From assembly GCA_022340425.1 (NCBI GenBank), contig JAJDNY010000172.1, positions 1,252 through 65,251 on the forward strand: DNA of 64,000 nt. The letters run 5' to 3'. Made by a program: the position numbers and the translations under genes. The stretch is from Desulfobacteraceae bacterium. Its GTDB lineage: Bacteria; Desulfobacterota; Desulfobacteria; Desulfobacterales; JAABRJ01. Positions 8,702 through 19,790 of this stretch are shown piece by piece (the first letter of the stretch is position 1; the number at the start of each line of letters is the position of its first letter). The notes beneath the pieces were generated by a model, which had not been told where the DNA came from, searched no databases, and saw nothing but the letters and a program-made list of their open reading frames with translations.

Positions 8702-11641
8702 ATGACCCACACCACATCCGCAGGCCGATATCTCAAGGCCAAGCGTTGGCCGCTGGTTATTTTTCTGATCATTTTGCTGGGCTTGCTGGGCGGCCTGCCG
8801 GGCGCATCCCCGGGCGAGGCTGCGGGGCCCGGCTGGCCCCATGAAACCAGCGACCTGGCACCGGATCCGGAGGTGACTTTTGGCCGGCTGCCCAACGGGT
8901 TCCGCTATGTTTTGATGCCCAACCGAACCCCCCGCGCGCGGGTCAGCATGCACCTCAACATTCAATCCGGGTCTTTGCAGGAATCCGATGCCCAGCAAGG
9001 CCTGGCCCACTTTCTGGAGCACATGCTTTTTAACGGCTCCACCCATTTCCCGCCCGGAGAGCTGGTGAAGTATTTTCAGAGCATCGGGATGCAGTTCGGG
9101 CCGGATGCCAACGCCCATACCGGCTTCGACGAGACCGTCTACGACATTCTGCTGCCCGACGGCGACCGCGCCAGCATCGAAAAAGGTCTTCTGGTGCTGC
9201 GGGATTACGCCGACGGCGCACTATTGCTGCCGGCTGAAATCGACCGCGAGCGCAAGGTCATTCTGGCGGAAAAGCGGACCCGCGACAGCGCAGCCTACCG
9301 CACGTTCGTGGCCTCTTTTGCATTTTCGTTCGGTGATGCGCGGATTGCCCGACGGCTGCCCATCGGCCTTGCGGAGGTCATCGAAAAAGCCGGCCGGGCG
9401 GAGCTCGAGGACTACTATGAAACCTGGTACCGGCCCGAGCGCATGGTTCTCGTGATGGTCGGGGATTTCGATCTGCCGACGGTCGCTTCGGCCATCCAGG
9501 AGCGGTTTGCCAGTCTCACCGCCCGGCGCACCCCCCAGCCCGATCCCGACCCCGGCCAACCGGAGAACAACGGGGAGCGTTTTTTTCACCATTTTGAAAA
9601 AGAGGCCGGAAAAACCCGGGTGAGCATCGAGGTGTTGAGCAGGGTCGACGAGGAGGCCGATAGCGTCGCCCTGCGCCACCGTGAACTGCTTGAAGAGATG
9701 GCCGACCGCATGGTCCAGAATCGACTCGACGCCCTGCTGGGCGAGCCGGAAACCCCCTTTACGGCCGCGAGCGTGGGATCCGGGCGTTATCTGGGACATT
9801 TCGACTACGCCGAAATATCGGCGGACTGCGACCCGCAAAAATGGGCCGAGGCCCTTTCCCAAATTGAACAGGTGCTGCGCCAGGCCCTGGCCTACGGGTT
9901 CACCGTGGCTGAACTGGATCGCGTCAAAAAGGACCTTCAATCCGAGTTGGATAAGGCCCTGGAACAAGCCGGTACCCGCGATAGCCGTGACCTGGCGCGC
10001 AGCATCATCCGCAGCGTCAACACGGGCCGGGTGTTCACCTCCCCCGCCCAGGAGAAAGCACTGCTCTCCGATGCCGTTCAGGCCGCCACCCCGGAGTCAG
10101 TTGCTGCTGCCTTCAGAGGCAACTGGCCGTCCGATCACCGCCTGGTGCTGGTGACCGGCAATGCCCCCCTCGGGGATACGACCCTGGCGGCACGCGATGC
10201 GATTCGGGCCGTGTACCAGACCAGCCGAAGCGTGGCCGTGCTCCGGCCGAGTGAAGCCGAGACGCCCCGCTTCCCCTACCTGGCGCCGCCCACCGCCGGT
10301 GGGGTAATCGTTCGGCGGGAGCATTTCGCCGATAACGGGGTCACCCGTCTGAGCTTTGCCAACGGCGTGAAGCTCAACCTCAAGCCCACCGATTTCAAGG
10401 AAGGCGAAGTGCTGGCCACCCTTATTTTCGGCGACGGCCGTTCCGCTCAGCCGCTGGACAAACCGGGGCTGGCGCCGCTGGCCGAGGCGCTGATTAACGA
10501 AAGCGGCCTCGGCGGGCTGACCAAAGACGCCTTGGAACAGGCCCTGGCCGGCAAAACCAGCCGGGTGGAGTTCAGCGTCGAGGATCAGTGGTTTGTCCTG
10601 CGCGGGCGGACCTTGCCAGCGGAGCTCGACCTCCTGTTTGCGCTGCTCTATGCGCATCTGCAGGACCCGGGGATGCGGGTTGAGGCCTTCGGTCTGGTGA
10701 TGCAGCGCTTCGATCAGGCCTTCGAGGCCCTGTCCCGTTCGCCGGACGGTGCCATGGAGCTTGAAGGGAGCCGTTTCCTGGCCGGCGGCGATCCGCGCTT
10801 CGGACTGCCGCCGCGCGAAAAACTCCAGACCCTTACCCTGGCCGATGTTCGCACCTGGCTCATGCCGGCCTTTGAAACCGAGCCGCTTGAAATCTCAGTG
10901 GTCGGGGATTTCGATCCTGAAGCGGTGGTCCAGGCGGCCGCCCGCTACTTCGGCGGCCTGCATGCGCGGCCCGGCCGCAAGGGCCCGGCGGCAGCTGCGG
11001 CGCCGCAGTTTCCGGTGGATCAACACCTGGCGCTGGAGGTAAAATCCGACATCCCCAAGGGCCTGGTGGTGGTGGCCTACCCGACGGATGACTTCTGGGA
11101 CATTCACCGCACCCGCCGGCTGTCGGTGCTGGCCGAGGTTTTTTCCGACCGCTTGCGCCTGCGGGTGCGTGAAAAACTCGGGGCGGCCTATTCCCCCCAT
11201 GCCTACAACTGGTCTAGCCGAGCCTTTCCGGGTTTCGGGATTCTGCGGGCGATGGTTTCGGTTGATCCCCGGGACGCCGAGCGGATTGCGGCCGAGGTGC
11301 GCGACATCGCCGCTGCGTTGGCCCGCGAGGGGGTCGCCGCCGACGAGCGCCAGCGCGCGTTGGAGCCGATTCTGACCAGCCTGCGGGAGATGCAGCGGAC
11401 CAACCGCTACTGGCTGGAGCGGGTGTTGACCGGCTCCGCGCGCTACCCCCAACAGTTGGACTGGAGTCGCAGCCTCACCCGCGACTACGCGTCCATCAGC
11501 GAGGCGGAGTTGTCGGGGCTGGCACGGCGCTTTCTGGACAACCGGCGCTCCGCCGAGATCATCATCAGGCCGGAGGCGGGGGCGGACGGCAGTCTGGCGG
11601 ATGCCGCCGGCGATGGCAGCGCCGCAGGCCACAGGAGATAG
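8702..11641 (+). CDS. large M16-family (insulinase/pitrilysin-like) zinc peptidase, secreted
   Basis: Inverted zinc motif HFLEHMLFNGS (HxxEH). N-terminal signal/anchor. 979 aa, consistent with a four-domain (two M16 pairs) PqqL-like architecture. RBS AAGGAG. Confidence 0.85.
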   Translation: MTHTTSAGRYLKAKRWPLVIFLIILLGLLGGLPGASPGEAAGPGWPHETSDLAPDPEVTFGRLPNGFRYVLMPNRTPRARVSMHLNIQSGSLQESDAQQGLAHFLEHMLFNGSTHFPPGELVKYFQSIGMQFGPDANAHTGFDETVYDILLPDGDRASIEKGLLVLRDYADGALLLPAEIDRERKVILAEKRTRDSAAYRTFVASFAFSFGDARIARRLPIGLAEVIEKAGRAELEDYYETWYRPERMVLVMVGDFDLPTVASAIQERFASLTARRTPQPDPDPGQPENNGERFFHHFEKEAGKTRVSIEVLSRVDEEADSVALRHRELLEEMADRMVQNRLDALLGEPETPFTAASVGSGRYLGHFDYAEISADCDPQKWAEALSQIEQVLRQALAYGFTVAELDRVKKDLQSELDKALEQAGTRDSRDLARSIIRSVNTGRVFTSPAQEKALLSDAVQAATPESVAAAFRGNWPSDHRLVLVTGNAPLGDTTLAARDAIRAVYQTSRSVAVLRPSEAETPRFPYLAPPTAGGVIVRREHFADNGVTRLSFANGVKLNLKPTDFKEGEVLATLIFGDGRSAQPLDKPGLAPLAEALINESGLGGLTKDALEQALAGKTSRVEFSVEDQWFVLRGRTLPAELDLLFALLYAHLQDPGMRVEAFGLVMQRFDQAFEALSRSPDGAMELEGSRFLAGGDPRFGLPPREKLQTLTLADVRTWLMPAFETEPLEISVVGDFDPEAVVQAAARYFGGLHARPGRKGPAAAAAPQFPVDQHLALEVKSDIPKGLVVVAYPTDDFWDIHRTRRLSVLAEVFSDRLRLRVREKLGAAYSPHAYNWSSRAFPGFGILRAMVSVDPRDAERIAAEVRDIAAALAREGVAADERQRALEPILTSLREMQRTNRYWLERVLTGSARYPQQLDWSRSLTRDYASISEAELSGLARRFLDNRRSAEIIIRPEAGADGSLADAAGDGSAAGHRR

Positions 11642-11750
11642 AGCTCTGCCGGCGCTTCTGGCGGATGCCTTCCGGCGGGCCCGAGAGGTCCCCGTTTGCT
11701 CCCTTTTTTACGTGACCCCAGCGCGGTTGGGTGTTTTTTAGGAGGCTGAG

Positions 11751-14030
11751 ATGCTGTTGGATAAAGAAGCGCTGCGCTATCACCGGGAGCCGCGCCCCGG
11801 GAAGATCGAAGTGGTGCCCACCAAGCCGACCCTCTCCCAGGCCGACCTGAGCCTGGCCTACACCCCCGGTGTGGCCGCTCCCTGCCGTGCAATTCACCAA
11901 AACCCTGAAGCCTCCTACGAGTACACCGCCCGCAGCAACCTGGTGGGCGTCATCACCAACGGCTCGGCGGTTCTCGGTTTGGGCAATATCGGACCCCTGG
12001 CGGGAAAACCGGTGATGGAGGGCAAGGCCGTTCTTTTCAAACGCTTTGCCAACCTGGACGTGTTCGATATCGAGATCGACGCCGCCGACCCAGACGAGTT
12101 CATCGCCACCGTGGCGCGTCTGGAGCCGACCTTCGGCGGCATCAATCTCGAGGATATCCGGGCGCCGGAGTGCTTCTACATCGAGGAGCAGCTCAAGGCC
12201 CGCATGCAGATCCCCGTCTTTCACGACGACCAGCACGGGACCGCGATCATTTCCGGGGCTGCGCTGCTCAACGCCTGTCACCTGACCGGGCGGCGGATGG
12301 CCGATATCCGTCTGGTGATCAACGGCGCCGGGGCCGCGGCCCTCGCCTGCGCCCGGATCTACTGCAAACTGGGGGTGCAGCCGGCGCATCTCCTGGTGGT
12401 GGACTCGCGCGGGGTGATCCACACGGGCCGCACCGAGGGCATGAACCCCTACAAAGCGGCGTTTGCGGCCGACACTGCGGCCCGCACCCTGCTGGAAGCC
12501 GTCCGGGGTGCGGACGTCCTGGTGGGCCTTTCGGTCAAGGGCGCCTTCACCCCGGAAATGCTGGCCGCCATGGCCCCCAAGCCGGTCGTGTTTGCGCTGG
12601 CCAACCCCGACTCCGAAATCGACTACCAGCAGGCCAGGTCCCTGCGGCCGGATGCGGTGGTGGCCACCGGCCGTTCCGACACCCCCAACCAGGTGAACAA
12701 CGTGCTGGGGTTTCCCTATATCTTCAGGGGCGCCCTGGACGTCCGGGCAACCGCCATCAACGATGAGATGAAAATCGCCGCGGTCATGGCTCTGGCGGCG
12801 CTTGCGCGCGAAGACGTGCCCGACAGCGTGGTGCGCGCCTACGGGGGGCGGCCGATCCGGTTCGGGCCGGAGTACATTATTCCCAAGCCCCTGGACTCCC
12901 GGGTCCTGCTGCGGGTGGTGCCGGCCGTGGCCGCCGCGGCGGTGAAATCCGGCGTGGCCCGCCTGCCCCTGCCCGGGCAGAGCGCTTACGTGAACCGCCT
13001 GGAGACCCTGCTGGGGCCCGAGCGCGAGATCCTGCGCAAGATCATCACCCGTGCCCAGCAGGCCCCCCGGCGGATCGTGCTGCCCGAGGGCAACCACCCG
13101 GTCATTCTGCGGGCCGCGCACCATGCCGCCAGGGAAAATATCGCTCGCCCGGTCCTGTTGGGCAACGAAGCCGAAATCAGAAACCTGGCCGACGAACTGC
13201 AGCTCTCCCTGGAGGGCATCGAAATCCTGGACAACCTCAAAAGCCCGCTCTACAATTCCTTCGTGGCCAAACTCTTTGCCGCCCGCGGCCGCAAGGGGTG
13301 GTCGCTGGCCCACACCCAGCGGCGGATGCGCAGCCGTTACGTCTTCGGGGCCATGTTGGTGCTGGAAGGGCTGGTGGACGGGCAGGTGCACGGGATTGTG
13401 CGTTCCTACCCTGAGGCGATCCGGCCGGTGCTGCAGGTGATCCCCCGGCGGGCGGGGGCGGCCAAGGTGTCGGGGGTGTACCTGATGATCACCCGCGACC
13501 GGACCCTGCTGTTTGCCGATACCACCGTCAACATCCACCCCGACGCCGCCGATCTGGCCGAAATTGCCCTCATGACGGCCGAGATGGCGGAATTTTTCGA
13601 CCTTCGGCCGCGGGTTGCGATGCTTTCCTTCTCCAATTTCGGCAGCGTGCGGCATCCGGACGCCCTGCGGGTGGCGGCGGCGGTTGACCTGGCCCGTAGG
13701 CGCCGCCCGGACCTGATCATCGACGGTGAAATGCAGGCGGACACCGCCGTGGTGGGGGAGATCCTCAACCGCGAATTTCCCTTCAACCGGCTCGCGGAAG
13801 CCGCCAATGTGCTGATTTTCCCGGATTTGGCGGCCGGCAACACCGCCTACAAGCTGTTGGAGCGCCTGGGCGGGGCCAAAGCGGTGGGGCCCCTTTTGAT
13901 GGGCATCAGCAAGCCCTTTAATGTTCTTCAGCGGGGAGCCGATATGGAGAATGTCGTCAATGTCATGGCGATTACCGCCGCCCAGGCCCAAGACCTGGCC
14001 GCAGCCCGGGGGACGGCCGTGGTTGGCTGA
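11751..14030 (+). CDS. maeB: NADP-dependent malic enzyme with C-terminal phosphotransacetylase-like domain
   Basis: N-terminus [19 protein letters not shown]...[10 protein letters not shown] is typical of MaeB. NAD(P) site [10 protein letters not shown]-terminal PTA-like region. 759 aa. RBS AGGAGG. Confidence 0.9.
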   Translation: MLLDKEALRYHREPRPGKIEVVPTKPTLSQADLSLAYTPGVAAPCRAIHQNPEASYEYTARSNLVGVITNGSAVLGLGNIGPLAGKPVMEGKAVLFKRFANLDVFDIEIDAADPDEFIATVARLEPTFGGINLEDIRAPECFYIEEQLKARMQIPVFHDDQHGTAIISGAALLNACHLTGRRMADIRLVINGAGAAALACARIYCKLGVQPAHLLVVDSRGVIHTGRTEGMNPYKAAFAADTAARTLLEAVRGADVLVGLSVKGAFTPEMLAAMAPKPVVFALANPDSEIDYQQARSLRPDAVVATGRSDTPNQVNNVLGFPYIFRGALDVRATAINDEMKIAAVMALAALAREDVPDSVVRAYGGRPIRFGPEYIIPKPLDSRVLLRVVPAVAAAAVKSGVARLPLPGQSAYVNRLETLLGPEREILRKIITRAQQAPRRIVLPEGNHPVILRAAHHAARENIARPVLLGNEAEIRNLADELQLSLEGIEILDNLKSPLYNSFVAKLFAARGRKGWSLAHTQRRMRSRYVFGAMLVLEGLVDGQVHGIVRSYPEAIRPVLQVIPRRAGAAKVSGVYLMITRDRTLLFADTTVNIHPDAADLAEIALMTAEMAEFFDLRPRVAMLSFSNFGSVRHPDALRVAAAVDLARRRRPDLIIDGEMQADTAVVGEILNREFPFNRLAEAANVLIFPDLAAGNTAYKLLERLGGAKAVGPLLMGISKPFNVLQRGADMENVVNVMAITAAQAQDLAAARGTAVVG

Positions 14031-14186
14031 GAGGTGCCCGGCCGGATCCGCGGATGCCATCACCGGGGAGGCTGCCCAGCAGCCGGCGCGGCCCGATGGC
14101 GCTGAGAAAGAAACCGTCGCGGCGCGCGCTGCGTGGCAATCCTGGTCACGCGTCCACCCCAGCACCGCAGGCAGGGAGTCTAGTCA

Positions 14187-14714
14187 ATGGCCGTTGCCGC
14201 AGATTTTGCGCCTTTGATGCCGCTGATTCGTAAAATCCTGATCTTCTCTTATTTCACCGACGGGGAACTCAACCGCATGCTGGGGCTCTGCGATCTGCTT
14301 CGATTGCAGGCCGGTGAAAAGCTGTTTGTTCAGGGCGACGACAGCCTGGCGGTCTATGTTCTGATCCAGGGCCAGGTGGATCTTTCCTTTCGCAAAGCCA
14401 GCGGCACCCGCGTCAGTGTGGGGGCCGTTTCGGCGGGAGAGGTGTTCGGTGAGGCGGGGGTCTTCATGACAGTCAAACGCTCCGCGGACGCACTGGTGGC
14501 CGTCGAGAGCACCTTGCTGAGGATCACCCGCAGGAACATGATGGCCTTCATCAAGCAGCATCCCGTGGGCGGCAACAAGCTTTTGATGCTGATGATCTAC
14601 GGTCTGCTGAGCAAGCTGCGCGAGGCCAACCAGATGCTTTCGCTGGAAAACCCGGGGGCCATCGCGGTGGATTCGATCGATCCCCTCTTCCAGGATTTCA
14701 TGAACGAAACCTGA
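14187..14714 (+). CDS. cyclic-nucleotide-binding domain protein
   Basis: cNMP-binding beta-barrel pattern: LQAGEKLFVQGDDSLAVYVLIQGQVDL ... GEVFGEAGVF. Confidence 0.7.
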   Translation: MAVAADFAPLMPLIRKILIFSYFTDGELNRMLGLCDLLRLQAGEKLFVQGDDSLAVYVLIQGQVDLSFRKASGTRVSVGAVSAGEVFGEAGVFMTVKRSADALVAVESTLLRITRRNMMAFIKQHPVGGNKLLMLMIYGLLSKLREANQMLSLENPGAIAVDSIDPLFQDFMNET

Positions 14715-14781
14715 CCCCCGGCAGTCGTCCGCCGCCCTGCCGCGGGCGTGGGTCTAACCCAGCAGCAGGGTGCGCGCCCTT

Positions 14782-15243
14782 TCATGGGCCGCCGGCGTCG
14801 ATCCGGCCCCGCTGGCGCGCCACCGACTGCAGCCACCTGGGGTTGCCCCGCAGATAGAGTTCGGCCAGTCGGTTGAACTCCCGCGCCTGATCAAAATTCC
14901 CCTTTTGCAGCCAAGCTTCGCCAAGAAAATAGTAGTTGCGCCCGTTTTCCGCGTCCAGGCTCAGGGCCCGCTCCAGGACCGTGATGGCGTCGTCGGGGCG
15001 ATCGGCGGCCAGCAGTTTGCGCCCCTCTTCGGTCAGCTGGTGCGCGGCGATCTGCTGCGGGGTGGGCGCCGGGGCTGCGGGGGGCTCGGGAAGCCTGATT
15101 GCCGGGCGCGGCGGCGCTGCCGGCCGATCGCTGGGTACGCGGGCCACCAGCGGCTTCTGGCAGGCGGCCAAAAAAATCGCCGCCGCCAGCGCCGCCAGCG
15201 TGCAGCGCAGCTTATTTGTGGATCGAGCTGTTTTGGCTGTCAT
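14782..15243 (-). CDS. TPR-repeat lipoprotein
   Basis: The internal ATG at 15243 gives MTAKTARSTNKLRCTLAALAAAIFLAAC (lipobox). The C-terminal half contains TPR-like repeats (AITVLERALSLDAENGRNYYFLGEAWLQKGNFDQAREF). The longer listed ORF extends into the PBP gene. Confidence 0.65.
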   Translation of the reverse strand: MTAKTARSTNKLRCTLAALAAAIFLAACQKPLVARVPSDRPAAPPRPAIRLPEPPAAPAPTPQQIAAHQLTEEGRKLLAADRPDDAITVLERALSLDAENGRNYYFLGEAWLQKGNFDQAREFNRLAELYLRGNPRWLQSVARQRGRIDAGGP

Positions 15244-17533
15244 CCCAGAAGCTCCTGAAGGACTTGCGGCGCCCATGCAGCGGACAGGGCGCCGTGGGCG
15301 CATTGTTTTCCAGGAAGTATTCGCTGATCGGCTTGGGGCAGTTTTTCTGCGCCAGTTGACCGGATTGGCTGCAGACCCTGCGCTGAACGACGCCCGGAGG
15401 GGCGCTGAACCAGGCGCCGGAGACCGTCTGGGGGATCGCTTTGAGCAGGTCGGCCCAGATGGGCAGGGCTGCCGAAGAACCCGACGCGTGAATGCTGGCG
15501 CCGTCATCGAATCCCACCCAGACCAGCGCCAGCAGCTCCGGGGTGTAGCCCACGAACCAGGCATCCCGTGAATTGTCGGTGGTGCCGGTTTTACCGGCCG
15601 CCGGAAAGTTGATGCCGTGCTTGGCCAGGGAGGCCGCCGTTCCCTCGGTCACGACGCTGGCCAGGAGCGAATTCATGATAAACGCCGCGGCCGGGCTGAT
15701 AACCCGCTGGATTTTCATGTGCCGCCGCTCGAGCACCTCGCCCGCCTCGTTGACCACCGCCTTGAGGGACAGCGGAAAGGGCGCCAGGCCCCCGGCCGGA
15801 AACGTGCAGTAGGCCCTGGCCAGCTCCAGCGGGATCACCTCGAAGGCGCCCAGGGCGATGGCGGGCAGCGGGCGGAGGCGGGTGGAGAAGCCGAAGCGTT
15901 CGGCGGTGGCCACCACCGCCTCCAGGCCGGTCTGCATGGCCAGGTAGACCGTCGCCCGGTTGGCGGAGTGCGCCAGGGCCTGGCGCAGGCTGAGTTCAGG
16001 CACGCTTTCACGCTCGAAGTTGCGGGGCTCCCAGCGCCGGCCGTCGTGTTCAACCACCTGGGGGCGGTTGGACAGGCGTGAGGCCGGCGTGAAGCGCTCC
16101 AGGCCGGCCAGAAAAACAAAGGGTTTGAAGGTGCTGCCCGGCTGGCGGCGGGCCTGGCTAATGCGGTTGAACTGGCTTTGGGCATAATCGCGCCCCCCCA
16201 CCATGGCCAGGATGTGGCCGGTCTTGGGCTGCATCACGATCACCGCGCCCTGGAGTCTGGCGGACGCCTGCCGGTCGCGCAGCGCGGGGGTCTTTTCCAG
16301 GCGTGCCAGGCCCCGCAAGAGAGCGCTTTCGGCCGCGGATTGGATCTGGCTGTCCAGGGTGGTGTAAATCGACAGGCCCATGCTGGCCAGGACTTCGGGT
16401 GGGTAGAGGGCCCCCAGCTGCGCGGAAAGGTAATCCATGAAGTAGGGGGCCTTGCGGTGGTAGGTGCGAAAGCCGGCCGTGACGAGGGGTTTTTCCAGAG
16501 CTTGGAGAAGCTGATCCGCGCTCAGCCAGCCGTTTTTGGCCATGGCCTTTAATACCCGGTCGCGCCGTTGACGGCACCGGTCGGGGTTCTGGTAGGGGGA
16601 ATAGAGGTTCGGGGCCTTGATCAGGCCCGCCAGGGTTGCGGCTTCGGTCATAGAGAGGGCCGCTGCCGGCTTGCCGAAGTAAAAATCGGCCGCTTCGCCG
16701 ATGCCGTTGATGGAAACCGAACCCTTCTGCCCGAGGTAGATCTCGTTGAGGTAGATCTCCAGGATTTCATCCTTGGCGTAGTGGGCGTCGATGACCAGCG
16801 CCATGAGGAGTTCCTTGAGCTTTCGGCGCAGGGTTCTTTCCGGGGTCAGGAAGTAGTTCTTGCTTAGCTGCTGGGTGATTGTCGAGCCGCCCTGGCGGAT
16901 TTCGCCGGCGCGCAGGTTGGCCCACAGGGCCCGCAACAGCCCCCGCGGGTCGACCCCGTGGTGATCGTAAAAGCGGCTGTCCTCGGCGGCCAGAACGGCC
17001 TGGATCAAGGGCCGCGGCACGTGGTCGATGGCCACCAGTTTGCGCTGCTCGCGGGCGGCGCCGAAGAAGAGCCCAATTTTTTCAGGCTCCAGCTCAAGCA
17101 GTGGTAGAACGCGTCCCGAATGCTGGTCGGTGATGGTGCCGATCCGGTTTTGAACCAGGGTGAGTTGGACCGGAAAGCCGGCGCGGCTTTGACTGGGGGT
17201 TTTCAGATCGTTGAGGAAAATCTCCAGCCGGCCCGGCTGCAGACGGTATTCGCCGCTGGCCGGGGGACTGTTGACGCGCCGGTAGCCCAAGGCCTCCAAT
17301 TTGGCCAGGAAAAGGTCGCGGTTGCAGCCCTGGCCGGGAAAAAGGAGCGTAGAATCGGAATAGACGGTGGAGGGAATCTGCCAGCGTCGGGAGGAGAAGC
17401 GGCCGTCGATCTGCACCGCAAGATAGCCGACATAGACGCCCAGGCCGGCCACGGCGGCAACCGCCAGCATCGCCAGACAGAGCGCGAGCCGTTTGATGGT
17501 AGGTCTGGGCAAGGATCTCGCTTTTTCAGCCAC
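15212..17533 (-). CDS. class A penicillin-binding protein (glycosyltransferase GT51 plus transpeptidase)
   Basis: GT51 motifs EDSRFYDHHGVD and GGSTITQQL. Transpeptidase motifs PGSTFKP (SxxK) and KTGTT. N-terminal membrane anchor. GTG start. Confidence 0.9.
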   Translation of the reverse strand: MAEKARSLPRPTIKRLALCLAMLAVAAVAGLGVYVGYLAVQIDGRFSSRRWQIPSTVYSDSTLLFPGQGCNRDLFLAKLEALGYRRVNSPPASGEYRLQPGRLEIFLNDLKTPSQSRAGFPVQLTLVQNRIGTITDQHSGRVLPLLELEPEKIGLFFGAAREQRKLVAIDHVPRPLIQAVLAAEDSRFYDHHGVDPRGLLRALWANLRAGEIRQGGSTITQQLSKNYFLTPERTLRRKLKELLMALVIDAHYAKDEILEIYLNEIYLGQKGSVSINGIGEAADFYFGKPAAALSMTEAATLAGLIKAPNLYSPYQNPDRCRQRRDRVLKAMAKNGWLSADQLLQALEKPLVTAGFRTYHRKAPYFMDYLSAQLGALYPPEVLASMGLSIYTTLDSQIQSAAESALLRGLARLEKTPALRDRQASARLQGAVIVMQPKTGHILAMVGGRDYAQSQFNRISQARRQPGSTFKPFVFLAGLERFTPASRLSNRPQVVEHDGRRWEPRNFERESVPELSLRQALAHSANRATVYLAMQTGLEAVVATAERFGFSTRLRPLPAIALGAFEVIPLELARAYCTFPAGGLAPFPLSLKAVVNEAGEVLERRHMKIQRVISPAAAFIMNSLLASVVTEGTAASLAKHGINFPAAGKTGTTDNSRDAWFVGYTPELLALVWVGFDDGASIHASGSSAALPIWADLLKAIPQTVSGAWFSAPPGVVQRRVCSQSGQLAQKNCPKPISEYFLENNAPTAPCPLHGRRKSFRSFWDDSQNSSIHK

Positions 17534-17659
17534 GCCTGCCGCCCGTCCCCTTTGGTCCTTGACCCAAGCCCCGCGTTGCGGGGTGCCGATGAGCGCTGAT
17601 GCCGGTCAAAGGCGCTTGCGCCGCTGTGTTGGGCCGCCACCCGGTTTTCAAGCGGCTGG

Positions 17660-18076
17660 TTAAAAGGTTTGCCGGACAATCGTCAGGATCTCTGCCCGGG
17701 TATAGAGCAGACCCTGCCCGATGCCGGGGCATTGGGCTGCGGCCTGCTTCCACCTGTATTGCGAGCGCAAGTTGTCGAACCAGAAGGGATAACTGCGGCA
17801 CTGCCGGGGCCGCACGGAGTAGATGCGGCACCCCCCGTCAAAGAGAACGCAGGCCCCGGATGCGGTTTCACGAAGGCTGAAGCTGTCCCGAAAGGGATAG
17901 AGCATCTCGGCGATCAGCTGGGCCGGCGGCAGATCGAGATGGGCGGCGATGGGGCCGATCTCGTCGGCGGCCACATAGACGGTGCCCGGCTCCCCGGTGC
18001 AGCAGCGGCCGCAGCGGACACAGGCAAAGCGCAGACCACGGTCGAAAAAATAGGGGCGGTCTTGCAAAGTGGCCAT
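17660..18076 (-). CDS. YkgJ-family (UPF0153) cysteine-cluster protein
   Basis: CVRCGRCC (CxxCxxCC) motif plus downstream Cys residues. 138 aa. Confidence 0.75.
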   Translation of the reverse strand: MATLQDRPYFFDRGLRFACVRCGRCCTGEPGTVYVAADEIGPIAAHLDLPPAQLIAEMLYPFRDSFSLRETASGACVLFDGGCRIYSVRPRQCRSYPFWFDNLRSQYRWKQAAAQCPGIGQGLLYTRAEILTIVRQTF

Positions 18077-18102
18077 GGGCGGTGGCTCGGATTCAACACA
18101 TC

Positions 18103-18160
18103 AAAAAAGCCGGCAGGCGGAAGGGCAACCTCCAGGGTGCGCCGACTTCCCGCCTGCCGC
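18103..18160 (-). terminator. candidate intrinsic terminator downstream of the OmpA-like gene
   Basis: On the minus strand, CGGCAGGCGGGAAG ... CTTCCGCCTGCCG forms an imperfect stem of about 13 bp with one bulge, followed by TTTTTT. It lies about 30 nt after the stop at 18188. The loop is long (about 22 nt), which lowers confidence. Confidence 0.5.
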
Positions 18161-18187
18161 GATGCAAATCAGGGGGCCAAGGGTTTT

Positions 18188-18841
18188 CTATCCCTCCTGA
18201 ATCGGCACGATGACGATGCTCACCCGCCGGTTCATTTCGTGGCTAGATGAAATCGGCATGGATTCGCCGTAGCCAACCGCCTGGATGCGCGCCGGGTTGA
18301 CGTTGCGCTGGATCAGGGCGTTTTTGACGGCTTCGGCGCGTCGCTCCGACAGCTGCTGGTTGTATTCTTCCGCGCCCTGGGTGTCGGTGTGGCCCTCGAC
18401 CCGGATGGTGGTCTGGGGATATTTGTTCAAAACACCCGCCACCCGGTCGAGCTCCATATAACCGCCGGGTTTGAGGGCGGCAGAGTCGAAATCGAACATC
18501 ACATCGCCTTTGAAGGTGGCCGTCAGAACATCCTGGCTTCTGGCCAAGCTGACCGCATCGGACTGGGCCATGGCGTTGCGCAGCTCCGCTTCCTGACGGT
18601 CCATGTAGGCCCCGATCTGGTGGCCGGCCAGCCCGCCCACGGCCGCCCCGATGGCGGCGCCGATCAGCGTGCCCTGGGTGTTGCGCCCGATGGCCTGGCC
18701 CAGGCCGGCGCCCGCCGCCGCCCCGATCAGCACACCGGCGCCCGTACCTTTCTGGGCTTGGGTGGTTTGGGAACTGCAGGCGGCAAGGGTCCACAGCATG
18801 GTGAGGCTCAACAAGCCCGAGGTCAAAGCGTTTGGTTTCAT
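18188..18841 (-). CDS. OmpA-family lipoprotein with glycine-zipper region
   Basis: Lipobox LAACSS. Gly-zipper GAGVLIGAAAGAGLGQAIG...GAAIGAAVGGLAG. OmpA_C motif GHTDTQGAEEYNQQLSERRAEAV. Confidence 0.85.
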   Translation of the reverse strand: MKPNALTSGLLSLTMLWTLAACSSQTTQAQKGTGAGVLIGAAAGAGLGQAIGRNTQGTLIGAAIGAAVGGLAGHQIGAYMDRQEAELRNAMAQSDAVSLARSQDVLTATFKGDVMFDFDSAALKPGGYMELDRVAGVLNKYPQTTIRVEGHTDTQGAEEYNQQLSERRAEAVKNALIQRNVNPARIQAVGYGESMPISSSHEMNRRVSIVIVPIQEG

Positions 18842-19025
18842 GGAAGATCTCCCAGGGTTGATAAACGGCCGGGCCGTCTGAGGGCCGGGCCAGGGGCGCT
18901 GTCAGCCCCGTCCCGTCTTTATCGGCAGAATTAAAGCGCCAATTTAGTCCGCCGCAGTTGGAATGTCAAGGCTCCCGAAGTGGTCCAAACCCGCGCTGCG
19001 CCGAGCCTGGGGACCCCATCTTGGC

Positions 19026-19054
19026 TTGACATCGGGGTCGGATTGACCTAATTA
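19026..19054 (+). promoter_or_regulatory. candidate sigma70 promoter (TTGACA-N17-TAATTA) upstream of the GerMN/EF-G pair
   Basis: Read by eye. About 165 nt upstream of ATG 19218. Confidence 0.3.
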
Positions 19055-19217
19055 TGCTGATCTCCAGGGCCATGCCGCGGGCCTTTGCAGACCCTTGGGG
19101 GGGCTGTCCGGCCGAAGTGGCGGCCGCCGGTCGGCTTCCGCTGCCCTCAGACGGCACCCCGTCGACCACTTAACCGGTGGGCCGCGCCCCAACCGCCAAA
19201 AGGAAACCCCCCGCGTC

Positions 19218-19790
19218 ATGAAGCCGGCCAAACCCCGCAAGCGCGTGAGCGCCCCGGCATTGCTGTTGACGGCGTTCTGGTTGCTGCTCTTCGGGGTGGC
19301 TCAGGCCGGGGCCGCCCAGGGAGATCCCGACCTTCCCGGAGAGCCTGGAGGGCGTGCCCCGCTGGCTGCCGAAACGGTGGCGCATCTGTATTTCGCCGAT
19401 CCCCAGGGCCTGCTGTTGACATCCGAGGCGCGGGTGATGCCCCGCCAGGCCGATCCCCGCCAGCAGGCCCATTGGCTGGTGACCGAGCTGATGCGGGGGC
19501 CGCGGCACGGCGGGCTGACCACGCTCCCGCCGCAAACCGAGCTGCGGGCGCTTTTCGTTACACCCGATGAAACCGCCACCGTCGATTTTTCCGCCGCCGT
19601 TCGGGAGCATCACCCCGACGGGGTGCGCAGCGAATTGCTGAGCGTTTACGCCGTCGTCAACACGCTGATTTTGAACCTACCTGAAGTCAGCGCGGTTAAG
19701 ATTCTGATCGAGGGGCGCGAGGCGGCGACCCTTGCGGGCCATGTCGCCCTCACGGTCCCTCTCAATGCTGACATGCTGCTGATAAGATAA
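19218..19790 (+). CDS. secreted GerMN-domain protein
   Basis: Internal ATG at 19218 with RBS AAAGGAAAC. Signal peptide. GerMN-like pattern (HLYFADPQG...ELMRGP...TVDFSAA...VYAVVNTL...VKILIEG). Its stop overlaps the next start (TAATG). Confidence 0.6.
   Translation: MKPAKPRKRVSAPALLLTAFWLLLFGVAQAGAAQGDPDLPGEPGGRAPLAAETVAHLYFADPQGLLLTSEARVMPRQADPRQQAHWLVTELMRGPRHGGLTTLPPQTELRALFVTPDETATVDFSAAVREHHPDGVRSELLSVYAVVNTLILNLPEVSAVKILIEGREAATLAGHVALTVPLNADMLLIR

Noticed and set aside
11565-14165. 866-aa ORF on the minus strand covering the whole maeB locus
   Set aside because: It is antisense to a gene with clear MaeB motifs. The product is extremely G/R/P/A/H-rich with no motifs. This is the typical long spurious frame of a high-GC genome.
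15244-15564. 5' extension of the TPR lipoprotein ORF (listed as 14782..15564)
   Set aside because: The extension lies inside the PBP coding region in another frame. The internal ATG at 15243 gives a proper lipoprotein signal peptide.
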